From Auanema rhodensis (Eukaryota; Animalia; Nematoda): a stretch of 64,000 nt of DNA. The first letter of the stretch is position 1; each line of letters begins with the position of its first letter. Both the position numbers and the translations under genes were made by a program. The stretch covers positions 15,252,001 through 15,316,000 of the forward strand of contig OZ059896.1 in assembly GCA_964057225.1 (NCBI GenBank), written 5' to 3'. A model generated the notes under the pieces. The model ran no database searches. It was not told the DNA's origin and was given only the letters and a program-made list of their open reading frames with translations. Shown here piece by piece: positions 36,932 to 51,202 of the stretch.

Positions 36932-39863
36932 TTAAGCTATTCGTGCTACACCTCTACTGAAGGCTGTTTTCGGCATGTTTTCAGCACATCCTGATTCCTC
37001 ATTCGTTGTAGCTAACTGAAAAGACAGTTCAATCTAAGAAGATTTCCTAAAAGATCACATACTTTGCGTCGAACACTTGGCTTTCTCTGATCTTTGCCAT
37101 CAATGACGATAACTCCACAAAGTATGACATCATCTTGTGGTCTTGTGAAGACAAAACTGGAAAAGAAAAAGTTTTGAAATTTTTCTTTTAACTCACCTAC
37201 TATCATTCTTGCTGTCTTTATACTTTTCCATAGTATTATTACAGCATAATGTAAAAAGAAGAATAAGAACAGGTAAAAGAATTAAAGCAATTAAAACAAT
37301 AAAACCTGGAAAAAGTTGTTATTGTTTTGAAATTAATTATAATGAGTTAAAGTAAACCAACCTTCATTCAAATTACATCCACATACTATACTAATTCCCT
37401 TGTAAAACAGCATTATAGCAAGTATAACAGTACCAGCAACTAAGGCTAATGATAATGCTGCTAGTATGAACTGAAAAGCTTGACCTGAGTATGAAAGCTG
37501 GATAAAATATTAAAATATACTAACCATTGCTATAGTACGACAACCAAATTGAACGAAGTATATGAGTCGTGATAAGACATATGCAAACCAATGTAGACAC
37601 GATCCCTGTAATGAGGATTGAGTTGCACAGATTTTGCCTTCAATTCTTACCTCCTGAGAGTTAGTTCCATTATCACCCTCTTCGCTAATTGCTCCTGGAT
37701 CGGCATAGAATAGTTCAGGATATGTATTCACCCTGAAAATTATAGTATATAGTCTTAAAGTAGAGATAAGACATACGGTTCGTCATCATAAAGATCATTA
37801 TGCTGTAAAACAGTTTGCTTTCTCTGTCCGAATGATTCTGAGACCTGTCGAGTAGGTGATTCAAAGAATTTTTGTTTAAGCTTAAAGCATAAGTTTCAAA
37901 TAATTGCGAAAAAAGAGAGACAGTGCTACCTGTAAGGCTGAAGGCCTTAAGCCTCCATTTTTAATAAAAACTGAATTCAAAATTTCAGCTAACTTTTCGC
38001 CACAGTTTGGTATTAAAGCTTCGGCCGTGTATTGTAACGAAGGTCCAACTGTATTCGCTTTGACGAGTTTCTAGAAATATGTATAATTAAAATAAACTTA
38101 TAATTATAAATAAAATAATAGTTATTACATCATGCAATTCAATAACAGAATGAGTCAATATGAAAGTATCTTGATGAGGTGGAAATCGTGTTACCATTGC
38201 AACTAACACGCATCCAGAAGCCCTGAAAAACAGTAATATTCCGCAAAAACATAATAATTTTCTTATGTTTTATATTTTTCTGAATGTCACAAATTTGAAT
38301 AAATTGCATTTAAAATAATTTACAAAAACGAGTTTCATTTTTAAAAATTATTTGTGAGAAGCGGTTGTATTCCATTGTGTTTAAGCAATATTTTTGATTT
38401 TTCTCAAAATTTCTTTATAGAATTTACCAAATATCTGTTACTTCTGTTGTTTTATGCATAGAATTTTGATCTTGAAGCATTTCAGGTGCAGCATAGAATA
38501 ATGATCGGCGTAAATGGGAATCAGGCTCCGCAATACCTGTAATCATTGAGAATAACATAACATATTATCTATTAAATTTTTGTTATAAATTATTATAAGA
38601 AACAAACATGATATTGCAGGATCTGCTATTTGTATTTCATTCGATATTGTTAGCAATAAGTTGGCGCCTAAAAAAAAAGAATTTTATTTGTATTTTATTA
38701 TTAAGAATATACATTTTATATTTCCATGTATCATATTCTCTTCATGAAGATAATTTAATGCTTCTAAGATTTGGCCATAGTATCTTATAGCATGATCTTC
38801 AGCTAAAGGACCTTGTTTGATTTTATCAGCCACAGTGCCTGAAGGCACAAACGTTCGAAACAATGTAACTGTTAAATTATTTGAAACGTGATAACCATAG
38901 AATCTAGAGTGTTAAAAAATTTCACAGCTTTCAAGTCAAATATTATCTTACCTTGCTAAATTATTATGTCGCATGTGAGTTAATGATTCTAGTTCTTCTT
39001 TAAGTAACTCAAATTCCTAAAAAATACATAAACGGCTTGTGAAGATCAAAATAAAGTTGTTTACTTCTTGTTTGGAAAGTGTGATTCGAACTGTTGAATA
39101 TTCCGTCATTGAGGTACGGCTTAATAGCTTTGTTGTTTCACCAAAACGTGATTGCTTTTCACTTAATATTGCTGAAACTTTAAATTAAATACGAATTGGA
39201 AAACTTGGACAACCTATTTTTAACATCTTATCATATGCTGCATCGCTTATTCGAGAAATGGCGAAATCATGTTCACTATCGTCGTCAGATGCGTATGTAT
39301 CATCGTCAGTTGTCAAATTTATCGGAGTTGACTGTGTGGAGACTTTATGGCTGAAGACAGCCCCAGAATCACGACGTTCATATGGTATATATGTTCGAGA
39401 TGGTGTCTGGAGCGGGAGTACGTGAAGTTATATGCTTATCAAAAGATGTATCATGCTCACAATATTATATTTAAATTTAAATAATAGGAATTTTGATGAC
39501 ATTTGAAAAAAAACAAATTAAGATTGCAGACTCGTTGTCTCACTTTCAAAGCTGGTCGTTGCAAATTATATGGATGCAAAATTGATAAGACATTGCCGTT
39601 TACAAGAACAATTAGTTGCGGAAGAGAGTGGATTTTAAAAAATATGAATAAAAAAGTAATTATCACCTCATATTGTCTGGTAAATTAAATATCAAATAAC
39701 TTACAGAATAATGCCTAGTAGCTGAAAAATTTTGCCTAGTGGGGGCTTGAGTATGCTGATGCCGGATGAATAACTTGGATTCTAGCTTCTCATCTTCAAT
39801 CTCATTTTCATCGTCTTCATCTTCTTCTTCCAAAATAACATTCGAAATATGGCTACAAGCCAT
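36932..39863 (-). CDS. MEKK-like pseudokinase with C-terminal transmembrane helices (DRL-1/FLR-4-type architecture)
   Basis: Spliced kinase fold: ELESLTHMRHNNLARFYG, YYGQILEALNYLHEENMIHGNIKCANLLL, IQIADPA, YAAPEML, TDIWASGCVLVAM, LRPSA. Two or three hydrophobic helices follow (FILAALSLALVAGTVILAIMLF; FIVLIALILLPVLILLFTLCC). Confidence 0.8.
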
Positions 39864-42565
39864 TTCGGACTTCAATGGAGATTCGTGACAATGCTGTTTG
39901 GAGTTGTCTCTTCGAGATTACAGTGTATCACAACCAGCAGTCAAAAAGGGTATGTTTAAATTACTGTAAAATAGGCAAAATCAGGCAAAAACCAAGCAAG
40001 ACAGAGAGTGAGAGAGAGAGAAGGAAAGACCCAAAAAAAATAAAAAATAATAAAAAAATGCTAATAAATATTATAATATAGTTAAGAGAATAGAAAGTAG
40101 AAAGAATAACGGAGTAAAATGAGGAGAAGATATAAGAAGAAGAAGAGATGAAAAAAAACATAATTTTTCGACTACCGTCTCTCTAGAATGAAACAACTCA
40201 ACGACCCACTCTAATGTGTTGGATGCTCGAGAGTTTTTCTTATCAATAGTAGTCGATAAGCAGTTCTGCCGTTTTCTATGGGCTTTAAGTTCTTTAACAA
40301 TATTGTTCACGTCACTATAAGAATTGACGACTTCAGATCTAAATGGATTGACAGAGAGTACAGAAGGATGGTAATGTTAGAAGATAATGAGTACTAGAGA
40401 GAAAGAGAAAGAGAGGAATTCAAAAGAGAATAAAATGTGTTGGTGAAACATAAAGTAGTCGAGAAACAGACAGACGGAGACAGACAAAGAAAGAAAAAAT
40501 ATGACGGAAAATATGAAATAAATAAAGAATTAAATAATTATGTTAATATATTTGTGTTAAAAAATTATTATAATTGAAAACAAAATAGTATAGATATATT
40601 TTATTATATTTTCAGACAAACAACCTTATAAAAGTTGTAAGCTGTAGAGTAAAAACGGAAGTATACGATATGCAACCGGTTGAGACTGAAAAACAATTAA
40701 AAATGATTTTGATATCTCACTCTTTTCTTCTTTCACGTATAATTTTTATCTTACACATGATACATTAATAAATACTTAAATGGAAACAAAAAGCGCAGGA
40801 AATGGTTGAGATGAATCGTTCAAGGGGAGCTCGACAGAGTTCCTGCTGAGAAGCTTCTGAAATAACAAAGCTGGCTTTATACCGATTAGATAAGAACACG
40901 ACGACAATTTTTCTTGATTCTATTGTTCTTCAATACCAGTTACATATATGATACTTCAAGAACAAAAGAAAAATTGTATAAATAGACGAAATTTCAAAGA
41001 ATTTTATCAAAAATTTAATTTTTTTTTCTCAAGCGTTTCGTTCATTCCAACTTAATTATTAGATTATATTTTTATGAAATGCTTTATCCAGAAGGTAAGG
41101 CGATGACGCACATACGTTCATATCATATCACCTGCTAGAAATCATTTTGCACTTTAATATTATTCTATTGATATTCTCTGATTTTCGAGATCATAATTTA
41201 CATAAGTTCTTAACTAAACTTTGATCTTAATTTGTTTATCAATCACTCCAACTATAATAATCTTAAATCATAGTTTTACCTAAGAATGTAAACCTTATCT
41301 CTTGACAACTTTCTATTCTTCTTGTGCTCAATGATCGACGACACAGAGATTTCTCTATTGCACTCCTTTAGTCAAGCAGACCCACAAATGTTATCACACA
41401 GATTAAATTAGTTTTTTCGCTTTTTTTGAGCAAAAAAAATGAAAAAGAATTTATTTTTTTCTTTTTCTAGGACACTTTTTTAGTTGTTTGGTAAAGAAAA
41501 AGGGTTAGAAAAGTTGAATTGATATAGTCTGTAGTTGTAACATGTGTTTGCAAAAAAGCTCAGAATGTATTATTAGAAATGAGTTCAAGTTTCATTAGAA
41601 AAATAATGTGTATTCATAGAAAGCTATTAAAACATCAAGATTCTGCTAAAACTTTTTTTTTTCTTCATTTTCCTGATCTTCTTCTACATACTGTTGACCA
41701 AAATAAGGTCAACGATACCGGTAACTATAGTAAGTATATAATATAATATAAATAAAATTATTGTACGTAGTAGTAGTTAAATAATAATAAATAAAATATC
41801 TAATGTCATATTTCATTTTGAAATGAAAGTAACAAAGACGAATTGACCAATATTGAAAATGATTATGTAATTCTGTATTGAAATATCCACCTTAGAAATG
41901 ATGTTATAGAATGAAAATAATGAAAAATGAGGTTATGACCTTTGTCCTAATGTCCTCTATAATCAAAGGAAAGAGTATATATATATAAGATATTAATGAA
42001 TTCATTTCAAATATAGACGATATTTTACATTTCTTCTTATGCAATCTTCAAAGTCTTATAGGCTCATCGTTTTACAAGGATCATATTAAGAAGTATACTT
42101 AGGATTCTTTAGTAGTAACTAACTTCATATAGTGTCGTTTTTAGGCAAGAAATCATAATTATTATTATTATTATTGAGGCGTTGGTCATTATCCAACCCT
42201 ACATCATGCTGAAACATCCGTTATTCGTCTCCATTGGCTATCCTTTTTCGGCTTTTAGCTTCTCCCACATTGTTCTTAGAAGTTTTTTTTATTCAATGTC
42301 TGGTTCCAAAATAATAATAATACTTTAGAAAAGTGTAAAATCTAGTAAATTCATTCATTTGTCTGTGTCCAACATAATATTCTAGTTTGTTTTTCATTTA
42401 ATATAATATATTAATATAGTTACCTCAACCCTATATAAAGAAATAGAATTTCAATTATTCCTTACTACTCTGTTTTTCTTATGTTTCTTTCAAAATGTCG
42501 TTGTTTATCATGAATATAACTATCACAGGTTTTGCAACTACACTGCTGAATACTTGACGACGACG

Positions 42566-43325
42566 ATGAACTATCTAACTCTTCTCTGTTTCTTCTCCAT
42601 GAACTTCGTGGTCTCATCGTTGTTTCTGGGTGGTGGTGGTGGTGGTGGTTGTGGTTGTATGTCTTCCTGCGGAAGAAAGAAAAGGTTTTACACACGAATA
42701 CAACATTTCATAGAGAACAATCATATTAACCTATCTAATTCAGATCTATTGAACAACCACAGTTTACTAATATGGAATCAAAAGATACAGATATGCTCTG
42801 TAATAGCCCAGAATTGAGACAAGTGATTGTACAGGTAATTTATATATGATAATCTACATAAAATAAAAACTATGTTATAGTATTAATTATAATTATTTAG
42901 TATATGCGGGACACACCTGAAGAGTCTGGACGTAGTTTATCAGCTGTCTTAGAACAACATGGAGAGCCTTTTGTTGTAGTTTGTTCTGAGGTATTTGTTA
43001 CTTTCAAAAACAAATTTATACAAATAATATTACAAAACTACAAAAATTTAAAAGTAAAAACATATGTATATCATTTTGATTCATAAATATAATTAACATA
43101 ATGAAAACACACGTATATATTAGAACAACCGTTTACCTCACTAAATTTATAAAAAATGTGTTGATGTATGAAAACGAAGAGGAAGTAGACTCTATCAAAT
43201 AATTATATTGTTTCAAGTTTAAGTTGTATATGTTGCAGCATCGCTTCTCCTATTTTATCCGTCATGAATCGGAGTTCTGTGGAGTTCGCAATGGTACACA
43301 TTACTGTCAAGCATTCGCTCTCTAA
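42566..43325 (+). CDS. Ground-like (grl) hedgehog-related secreted protein
   Basis: Signal peptide, LFLGGGGGGGCGC..CGRKKR, and the ground-like domain LCNSPELRQVI..FVVVCS..FSY..FCG..YCQAF. TATATAAA at ~42432, AATAAA at ~43335. Confidence 0.92.
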
Positions 43326-45218
43326 TTCAACATCAATAAATACTAACTATTACGTATAAAGTATATAATATATATGTATGTATATACATGAATAACTGGT
43401 TCGAAGTCTCCAGTATTCATGCTCGAATAATCTTCCTCATCTTTATATATCTACGTAGTTTTACATCCAAATAGTACACATGCATACATTGGATGAAATC
43501 GCATAATTTATTTAACTATATGGTTTTAATTATATGTATGTTATATGTATTTATTCTCTATAAATATATTTAATTTATATTTCTTTTTTTATAATCTATA
43601 TAATACAATATATATACCGGAATATTAATGAATGAAACGGAATTCAGCATTTATAAAATATAAAATTGTCAGTAATAACCATCATAATACTATACATGCT
43701 TTATATAATTATATTCTAAAGCCTCACATTTAGTTGTCAATGCCCTGAACGTTGCCTGAGAATATATAAAAGCAATTTGAAAGTCTCTCGATGTAGCCTC
43801 TCCAATCGCTTCTCGAGGTATCTAGCCTTACCGCATCTCTCTAATCTCCCGAAACTTTCTCTGAATATCTTTCGCATCCTCTGCTTTCACCGTACTCTCT
43901 TTATACCAATTCTCTTATTCCCGCCTCACTCTATCGCAATAGATCAAGTTCAGACTAAACAAGTTTTTGCTTTCCTTTCTAGGAAGATGACAGCAGGCAG
44001 TCATCCTGTTATTCATTTTCATAGAATTTCATTTATTAAAGAATGTACTAGACCTGCTTAGGATTTGTTACCTCCTGTAGAGATCACAAGAAATTATAAG
44101 TAAAATGAGACGAGATATGTAATAAAAAGATCTTTCCATCATTCTACCATCTTCTTTCATCTATTCCTTATTATCCCTCTCCTACTCCCTTCATGAAGCC
44201 CATTGTCGACGATCACTTTTCCTCATTTGCTTCATTTTGAACAGTCGCTCCCATTACAGCATCTTCCTACTTTCATTCAGATTCTCCAAATCGTCTGACC
44301 TTTTACTCGGTGAATCCTTTCCAGCTCTTTTCTAATTTAATCCCTTCCATCTAGATACCTTTTACTTACAAACACCTTTATCTAATCCCGTTTTCTTCGC
44401 AATATAATTCAGTTTTCAATGTCCATACCAGATTTCTTTATGACAAATTTTCCGTTTACGGCTCATTTTATTTCGCAAAAATTTCGAGAATTTAACCAGA
44501 TTCTTTGCTAATCCTCTTCGCACTTTCACAATCACCCAATAGCTTCCTCATTTTCATGTTCAATCTCGTCTTAATCTTTTATGACAGCGTGAAAGAACGA
44601 ATTCACATTTTCATTCATGAAAACATTCTCTTCAGCATTTGCAAACGTTGCTATTTCAATGTTGGACAGACCGCGTCAGATGATATTATCGAGTACATTA
44701 GCAATTAGCTTACTACAAGTTCTGATTACCTAAAACGGTTTCATGCCCTGATCTAAGCTTGTTAGAACCTTTCCAGAATGATCTAATTCCAAATTACTCA
44801 ACGTAATCTATTCATTGATCTCATTTTCACTCAGTAGACTTTCACCACATCAACTTGACCAAGAACCGTGTTTATGCTGCTTCAGTTTTCTTTACAATCT
44901 ATTCCATTTTCTAAATTGCTGGATAAATGACAGATTGTGGACCTTGTCTTCATAGATCGTTAGGTGTCATCCTCAGCAAATAGGCGTGTCTATTGTCCAC
45001 TCTATCGTTTCCCTTTTCAATTCTTCTATGATCTAAAGACTGAAGACGATTTTCCGCCCATTCTGTTAAATCTCACCCTCTTCTTCATGATATTACTAGA
45101 CATATCCATATCGTTTCTCATCATTGTCTATACCTTAGAGTTGTCATTTCATTATGTGTGAAGTCTTTCCCAAATAAGACTGTCCGACGAATGGCTATCG
45201 TGTTTGCGGTTTTCATCG

Positions 45219-45245
45219 TCATCATCATCATCATCATCATCATCA
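45219..45245. repeat. (TCA)n trinucleotide repeat
   Basis: Visible tandem run. Confidence 0.9.
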
Positions 45246-48200
45246 GAGGATCAGATCGTCGAAGCATGCCTGCCCCAGATTGACTATCCATGTGTCTCTC
45301 TTCTTCTCTCTTTACCTTGTTCAATTTTCCGATAATTCTTTTCATAAAATTCCTTTTTTACATTCTTTGATTCTCTTGTTACCGCTACTTCTCTCGTTAC
45401 TCTTTCGATTCTTTGCTCTATTTCCAGATTATCTCTAACAGTCTTGAATCTTTATGTAAAAAAAAGATCAATACCATAAAACCCAAAGATGGATCTTTTT
45501 TCATTTCGTTCACCTAAGTTCAAAGTTTCAATGTCAAAACGTTGGCCAACTTCAAACCTCTGTGCTTTTTTCCGCAATTTCCGGATTTTCGACATATTTT
45601 GCTGTCACTTTCCGCTATATCAATCTGCCTTACTATATCATCATCATCATGTTGTCCATCATATATCTACCCAACTCTCCTAAATATTTTTCAAATAATA
45701 GAAACAATTATTAAATAAATGGCTAGACAACTGATACAACCATTTGCAACGTCAACAATTCTATAAATATAAGGTGGTAACTCACGTATCAATTATTTTA
45801 AAAACTTGAATATTCTAATCAATGTTTCAGATTTTCAATCAATAAACATTTTTTCGCAAGTATAAAATCTATTTACAAGAATCATTTCTTTGCTGTAAAA
45901 GAGAGGGACTATAGAGAGATTAGTATGACTGTTCTACTTTCGCTTAAACCCCTTTAAGTGCTCCTTTTCATTTAATGCCATATTCTAGTTCATATGGATA
46001 TCTTTCCTACATTTCTACTCAAAATAACAGTGAAGTTATCTTTTCTTTGTGTCATTACATACAATTTCTGCTTGTTTTGGCTAAAATCCTAATCAATTAT
46101 CCGATGTAACTGTCTAAGAGATATGTATGTAGCTTTCACAATCTACGTTATGGGTGGGGGTTGACTCGGATGTCCAACAGCATCTGTTTTCTTCAATGAT
46201 CCCCCCCCCTCTAGACACTTTCATCTCGCATCCTACATTTTATCCTACAGCTTCCGAATTCGTTTCATATTGAATATGAAGAATAATTGCCGATTGGAAT
46301 CTTATTTGCCGTCTTTTCTAATTTGTCCTGAGAATAGGATATGCAAGATAGCTGAAAGTCATGATTCATCACATCCCATCTTTTAATACAAATTTACTCT
46401 CAACTGATTGTTTAATCGTTTTTTCTCTTCGTCAACCTCAATCCAGTTGCTGTTGTTCTATCCAACGATTTTTCTTTACTTGTTCTGCCCTATTAACGTT
46501 CCGTTTCAAGTTGCCTGCTGAAACACCTTTTTTTTCGAAAATTGATGATCGGCACTCAGAATACCTTTAGTGAGAAATTCCTGTTCCGCATTTATTTAAA
46601 CCTTTTTGGCGCTTTTTTCAGCATTTAGCCTTCCTTAGAAAATCATGTAAACTCTGTTTATGTGCAACGATTACATGATACGTTCGAATCGAATGCTGTT
46701 TCCCTCAATTGTAAGAAAATGTCTCTCTTCTCAAGTACTGATTCTAAAGTTGTTTCTCTCCATTTTCCAACTTAATATTTCATTTTTCATCCCTTAACTT
46801 GTATCAGGTGTTTAATTGAGAGTTTCAAATCATTCTTCTTCTTTTTTCTCCTTGATACAAGTATTGTCAAACATCATATTAACAGGCTACATTTTAAAAA
46901 TGTCAGACGGGAAAACGAAAAAAAACAAAGAATTGAAGATGTACAGAAAGTCTATTGAGATTAGGTAAGTCAGCCAGGGAGTAGCAAGATGCGAGATGAA
47001 TTAAGGCAGGATACAAGCCTAAGAAATCGAAACAATGATTCCTCGACGAGTTTTTCCTGCCGAATCTGTAACGACAACAGAAATTGACAGACACACACTT
47101 CGATGGATGAAAACAGAATTTTGTTCTTCATCTCTTCATCTTCATCACCATCGTCTCAGTATGCTTCGTCTACCTCTTTAGATACTTCATATTCCGAATA
47201 TGCTTAAGTACTAATAATGTTGCCTTCCTTGAAAGTCGACTATATACTCGATTATATATGTCTCACTAAATCGTAACAGTAAAAGAGCGCAGTTCACTAT
47301 TTTCTTTCCGTCACGAATAATTCACATTTTAGACAAAAAAGTAAAAACATAGAGATTAATGCTTGTATTAAGAATCATCTGTTGCTGTAGAGCGATCATC
47401 GTTTTCCATCTCACGATGTAGATGTTCGCCCTGCTTTTAAAGCTTTCACTTTTTTATCCAGCTGTCCAGTTATTATACCTTTTTCATCTACAACATCATA
47501 GTCATCGTCCTTATCGTCGTACGCTCAACCACAACACTCTCACTTACTTTTTTTCAAAAGATACGTGTGACAGCGTTGTTTTGTAGAGAAACATTATCTT
47601 ACCTATTCACTACTTGATCGCAAAAGTCACAATTCAGCTCTAACGTATCATTTGATTTCAGATTTCTTGTAATTGCCCTTTTTTACCCTGTGCGTGCAAC
47701 CGTTATCAATCTTCAATTTCACTAAATCAGGGCGGAATTTAGGGAACCAAATGGAAAACGAGTCGTTTCCCATGAAACTTAGTTCTTCATCATCTTCTCT
47801 GTAGTTAATGTCGTTCACATCATTCTATTAGCATCTCTTTGCTTCACATTCTCGGGCCAATTTCAACTAATTTTTGCTTCTCACGCTTCCTGTAATATCT
47901 CGACAGTTTTCCTGATTGTATGACGGTCAGACAAATTTCAAAAAGTAGTTTCAAAGAATTCTAAATAAAAAAACTTTTTCGCAATACTCTTTACTTTGGA
48001 GACTGATGTTCGTCTATTAAAAGATTCATGAACTTCTCATGTCTTTTTCTCTCTTCTTGATCCGGTTTGTATCCATGTCCAACAGTTTATTTGTTTCTCT
48101 CTGAAGTATATGCCATCTAGAATATGATTTTCTTCTTTCTCTCATGCTCGTTACTTTGTAGATTTCTTTTACAAAACTCATAATGCTTTTCAGATTGTCA

Positions 48201-48262
48201 TTATTTTTTGCCTAAAAACTATGCTTATAAGGATAACAACATTACGATTGTGATTGTGTAAT

Positions 48263-48696
48263 ATGACTGAACAATCTCTTCCATCTAAGCCTTCTTTCAA
48301 TGATCTCAACGAAAACGGTAAACTCTAATGCGAATTAGCCAATTTAATCAAAGACTCTTGAACTATTGTATTTCAGATGAAAAACATTTGTATCGTGCCG
48401 TTCCTCTATCATCCAGAAATATATTTTTAATCGTATCGTTTTTAGCCGTATTCTCTTTCGTATATCTCGTCTATGCTCAGCATCATAAACTCTTATTCTA
48501 TTTCATGACTAGGTGAGGCTGGAAAAAAATGAGTTTATTACAAAGATTATCAATGGAAACTTTCAGTTTGATTGCTGTGTGGATATCGTTCATTTATACG
48601 TCTGGTGTTTTATCAGTCCTGTATATGGTATGGTTTGACTACGAAGCTACACAAGGCGCTCACACAGATAATGGAGAACAAGAGTCTTCGATGTAG
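48263..48696 (+). CDS. Small (~105 aa) two-TM membrane protein, unknown function
   Basis: Three in-frame exons with TTTCAG acceptors. Hydrophobic segments IFLIVSFLAVFSFVYLVYA and LIAVWISFIYTSGVLSVLYMVWF. AATAAA directly after the stop. Confidence 0.7.
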
Positions 48697-49021
48697 ATGA
48701 TGAATAAAATTTTTCAAAATAGAAACTAATGAAAATGAACATATAGATGCTTGCTGATTTTTACGAGATCAACGCGCATGAATAATACACATAAAACATA
48801 CTTACAGAATTCAACAATGAAATACTTTTTGAAACCGATAAGGTGGACCCGAATTTCCATTAAACGATTATGTACAACAAAGAACAATAGTAAGACAGGG
48901 TTCTAACTAAAATCGACTAAATCGAGTAATGTGGCCAACGAGCACAGTTTCAATAAATATTGACTTAGAAACAAGCTACATAGCAAATGAGAATAACTCA
49001 AGAACTAACTTTTTTTGTAAC

Positions 49022-50437
49022 TTAGAGACCGCCGCCGAGTCTTAATCGGCGGTTGAGAGCATCTGTATAAGCTTGATGTATTTGAGCTACAAACTGATCA
49101 TCATTTTGCATAAGCCAACACAAGGCAGAAACGAACTGAAACAAATAAATATACAAGAAAATATTTTCAGTTTATACCTGAGTTTTGTCTAAGATCGGTG
49201 TATTACTTCCTGAGCCTACGTTAAAATTAGGCTCATCTAGAGGAACTTTGCCACTAGCTACAGATTCCACCTGCAAAACGAAATTAATAATTAAATTAAA
49301 TTAAAATCTTTGAATACCTCAACAGCATCTTGATCAGCTTCGCTACCATGTACAGATCTGGTTGACATGGCTACAAGAGATACAGCAGAGGAAGAATTAA
49401 GAAAATCCTACATCCAAAATAATAAAACTAATTACGAATTAATCACTGACCGGAAACTGAGAATTTTTAGGCTTTGCTGTGTTATTGAGATCTTTGAATA
49501 AATCCTTTTCTAGTTCATCAGCTGTCATGATTGTTCCAGGCGTCTAAAAAATAAATTTATGAAACGAACAAAGACCACTTGAAATTTACCTTAGTAACAA
49601 CCTTTGGTTGCTCTTGAATAAGTAGCTTTTGCAAAAGAACAGGGATGTTTTGAATGGATGGCTCCTTTTCTGGGCCATCAGCAACGCTCGCAGGTTTGTT
49701 CTAAAAAAATAAATAAAGATGGTTATTATAAAATTTAAAATACCAAGCTAGATGGACTGGTGCTCTGAGCAGCCTTCAACATTTTTAATAAATTATTACT
49801 ATCAGGAATACTAGAAGGAGGCACGGGAGTTTCGTTCAAAGGCTTATCTTCTTCATATATAGGTGGAACCTGAAATAAATGTTTGAAAAAAATTAAAAAT
49901 GCAAAATAACTAACGATTCCTTTCTTGTGCTCTTCAGTCAAACGTTCTAAAAGCTCATAAATACGAATGCAATCTTCTTCCTCATAAATCCATAAACAGT
50001 TAATTTCACCTGAAGTAATTGTTACTTAATTTCAAACAAAAAAGTTGAATATAAAACTTGCCTTCAGACTTCCTCATGAAAATATATTTGTTATCTCTAT
50101 TAACACATGTATTATCCAAAATAGGTTCAATGAAATCGCTAAGAGATTGCCTATTAACAATCATTAAACTAAAACAAATTTTTTAATCAGTTCTCGAAAG
50201 ATAAATGAAACCTATAATACGGTTTATCTGCTCTTTGATAAATGAACATTGTTCCACAAACTTCTGTTTTTTCCCATGTTTTCGTAGAGGGTTGAAACTT
50301 GTACAGTGCACTATGACAAGTCTTGAAAAATGCAAATATAATGAACCGAAACATTATCGATAAAATACCTTATCTAATATCTTAACTGCACAAGGATCAA
50401 TCCTCTGCATGCTTTTTAAATTTTTTTTCTCAGACAT
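49022..50437 (-). CDS. dcap-1: mRNA decapping cofactor DCP1
   Basis: EVH1 domain NLKSMQRIDP..ALYKF..WEKTEVCGTMFIYQR..LMIVNRQS..DFIEPI..LWIYEEEDC, and the C-terminal trimerisation motif LMQNDDQFVAQIHQAY. Confidence 0.93.
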
Positions 50438-51202
50438 TCTATAATAAAAATACAATATAAATTTTTGATTATGATAACTGAAGAGTTATAAAATCTATCT
50501 GAATTCGCTGTGAACTCGAACAAGCACACATGCAAACGCGACACAGCATCTATTTAGTCCAATTGCGTACGAATAGTAGGCTAGGCTGTCCTAGTGTAAA
50601 AGTATATAGGGTTGCCGAGCAGTTTTTGGTGTGTTGCCCGTAATAGCCAGAGGAGCGTATACCAGTATAACAGGTTTTGTAATATAATTGACTATTGATT
50701 TATTTAATTGCTTTAATTTTTTCTTTTCATATTTCAATCATGCCAGCTTCTTATCATTTGTTACGTTTTATAATATATGTTGTTTGCCTGATTGTTTCCT
50801 ATGAACTGTTGGAAAATTTCTTAGCTGACGTATTTTTATCATTTGTGCTTTATTTCTGCATTTGTTTCTTTTTTTTTGTCCATTCCCTTTTCTGATGGTA
50901 TTTCCTATTTGTCATCATATTTATACATACTTATGAAAATCATTTTATTATAGTCGTATATTTTTTTTTATAAATTATCACATGTTATTATTTTTTCTTA
51001 TTTGTTGTTTTAATAAATAAGACAAAAATATATTTTGCCTATGAATATGTCAAATTTCCAGGTAATTAAATTGGTACATGATTTTAAATAGACACAACGT
51101 TAAGTTTGTTCAATGTAAGTACTTTCTGTTTGGAATGCATTGTTCATAATCCAAAAGCTATATTAATGTATTTCTTAATTTTTAATATTTTTTTCAGAGA
51201 AG

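Noticed and set aside
46682-46690. GTTCGAATC B-box match suggesting a tRNA
   Set aside because: No A-box at a suitable spacing and no cloverleaf.
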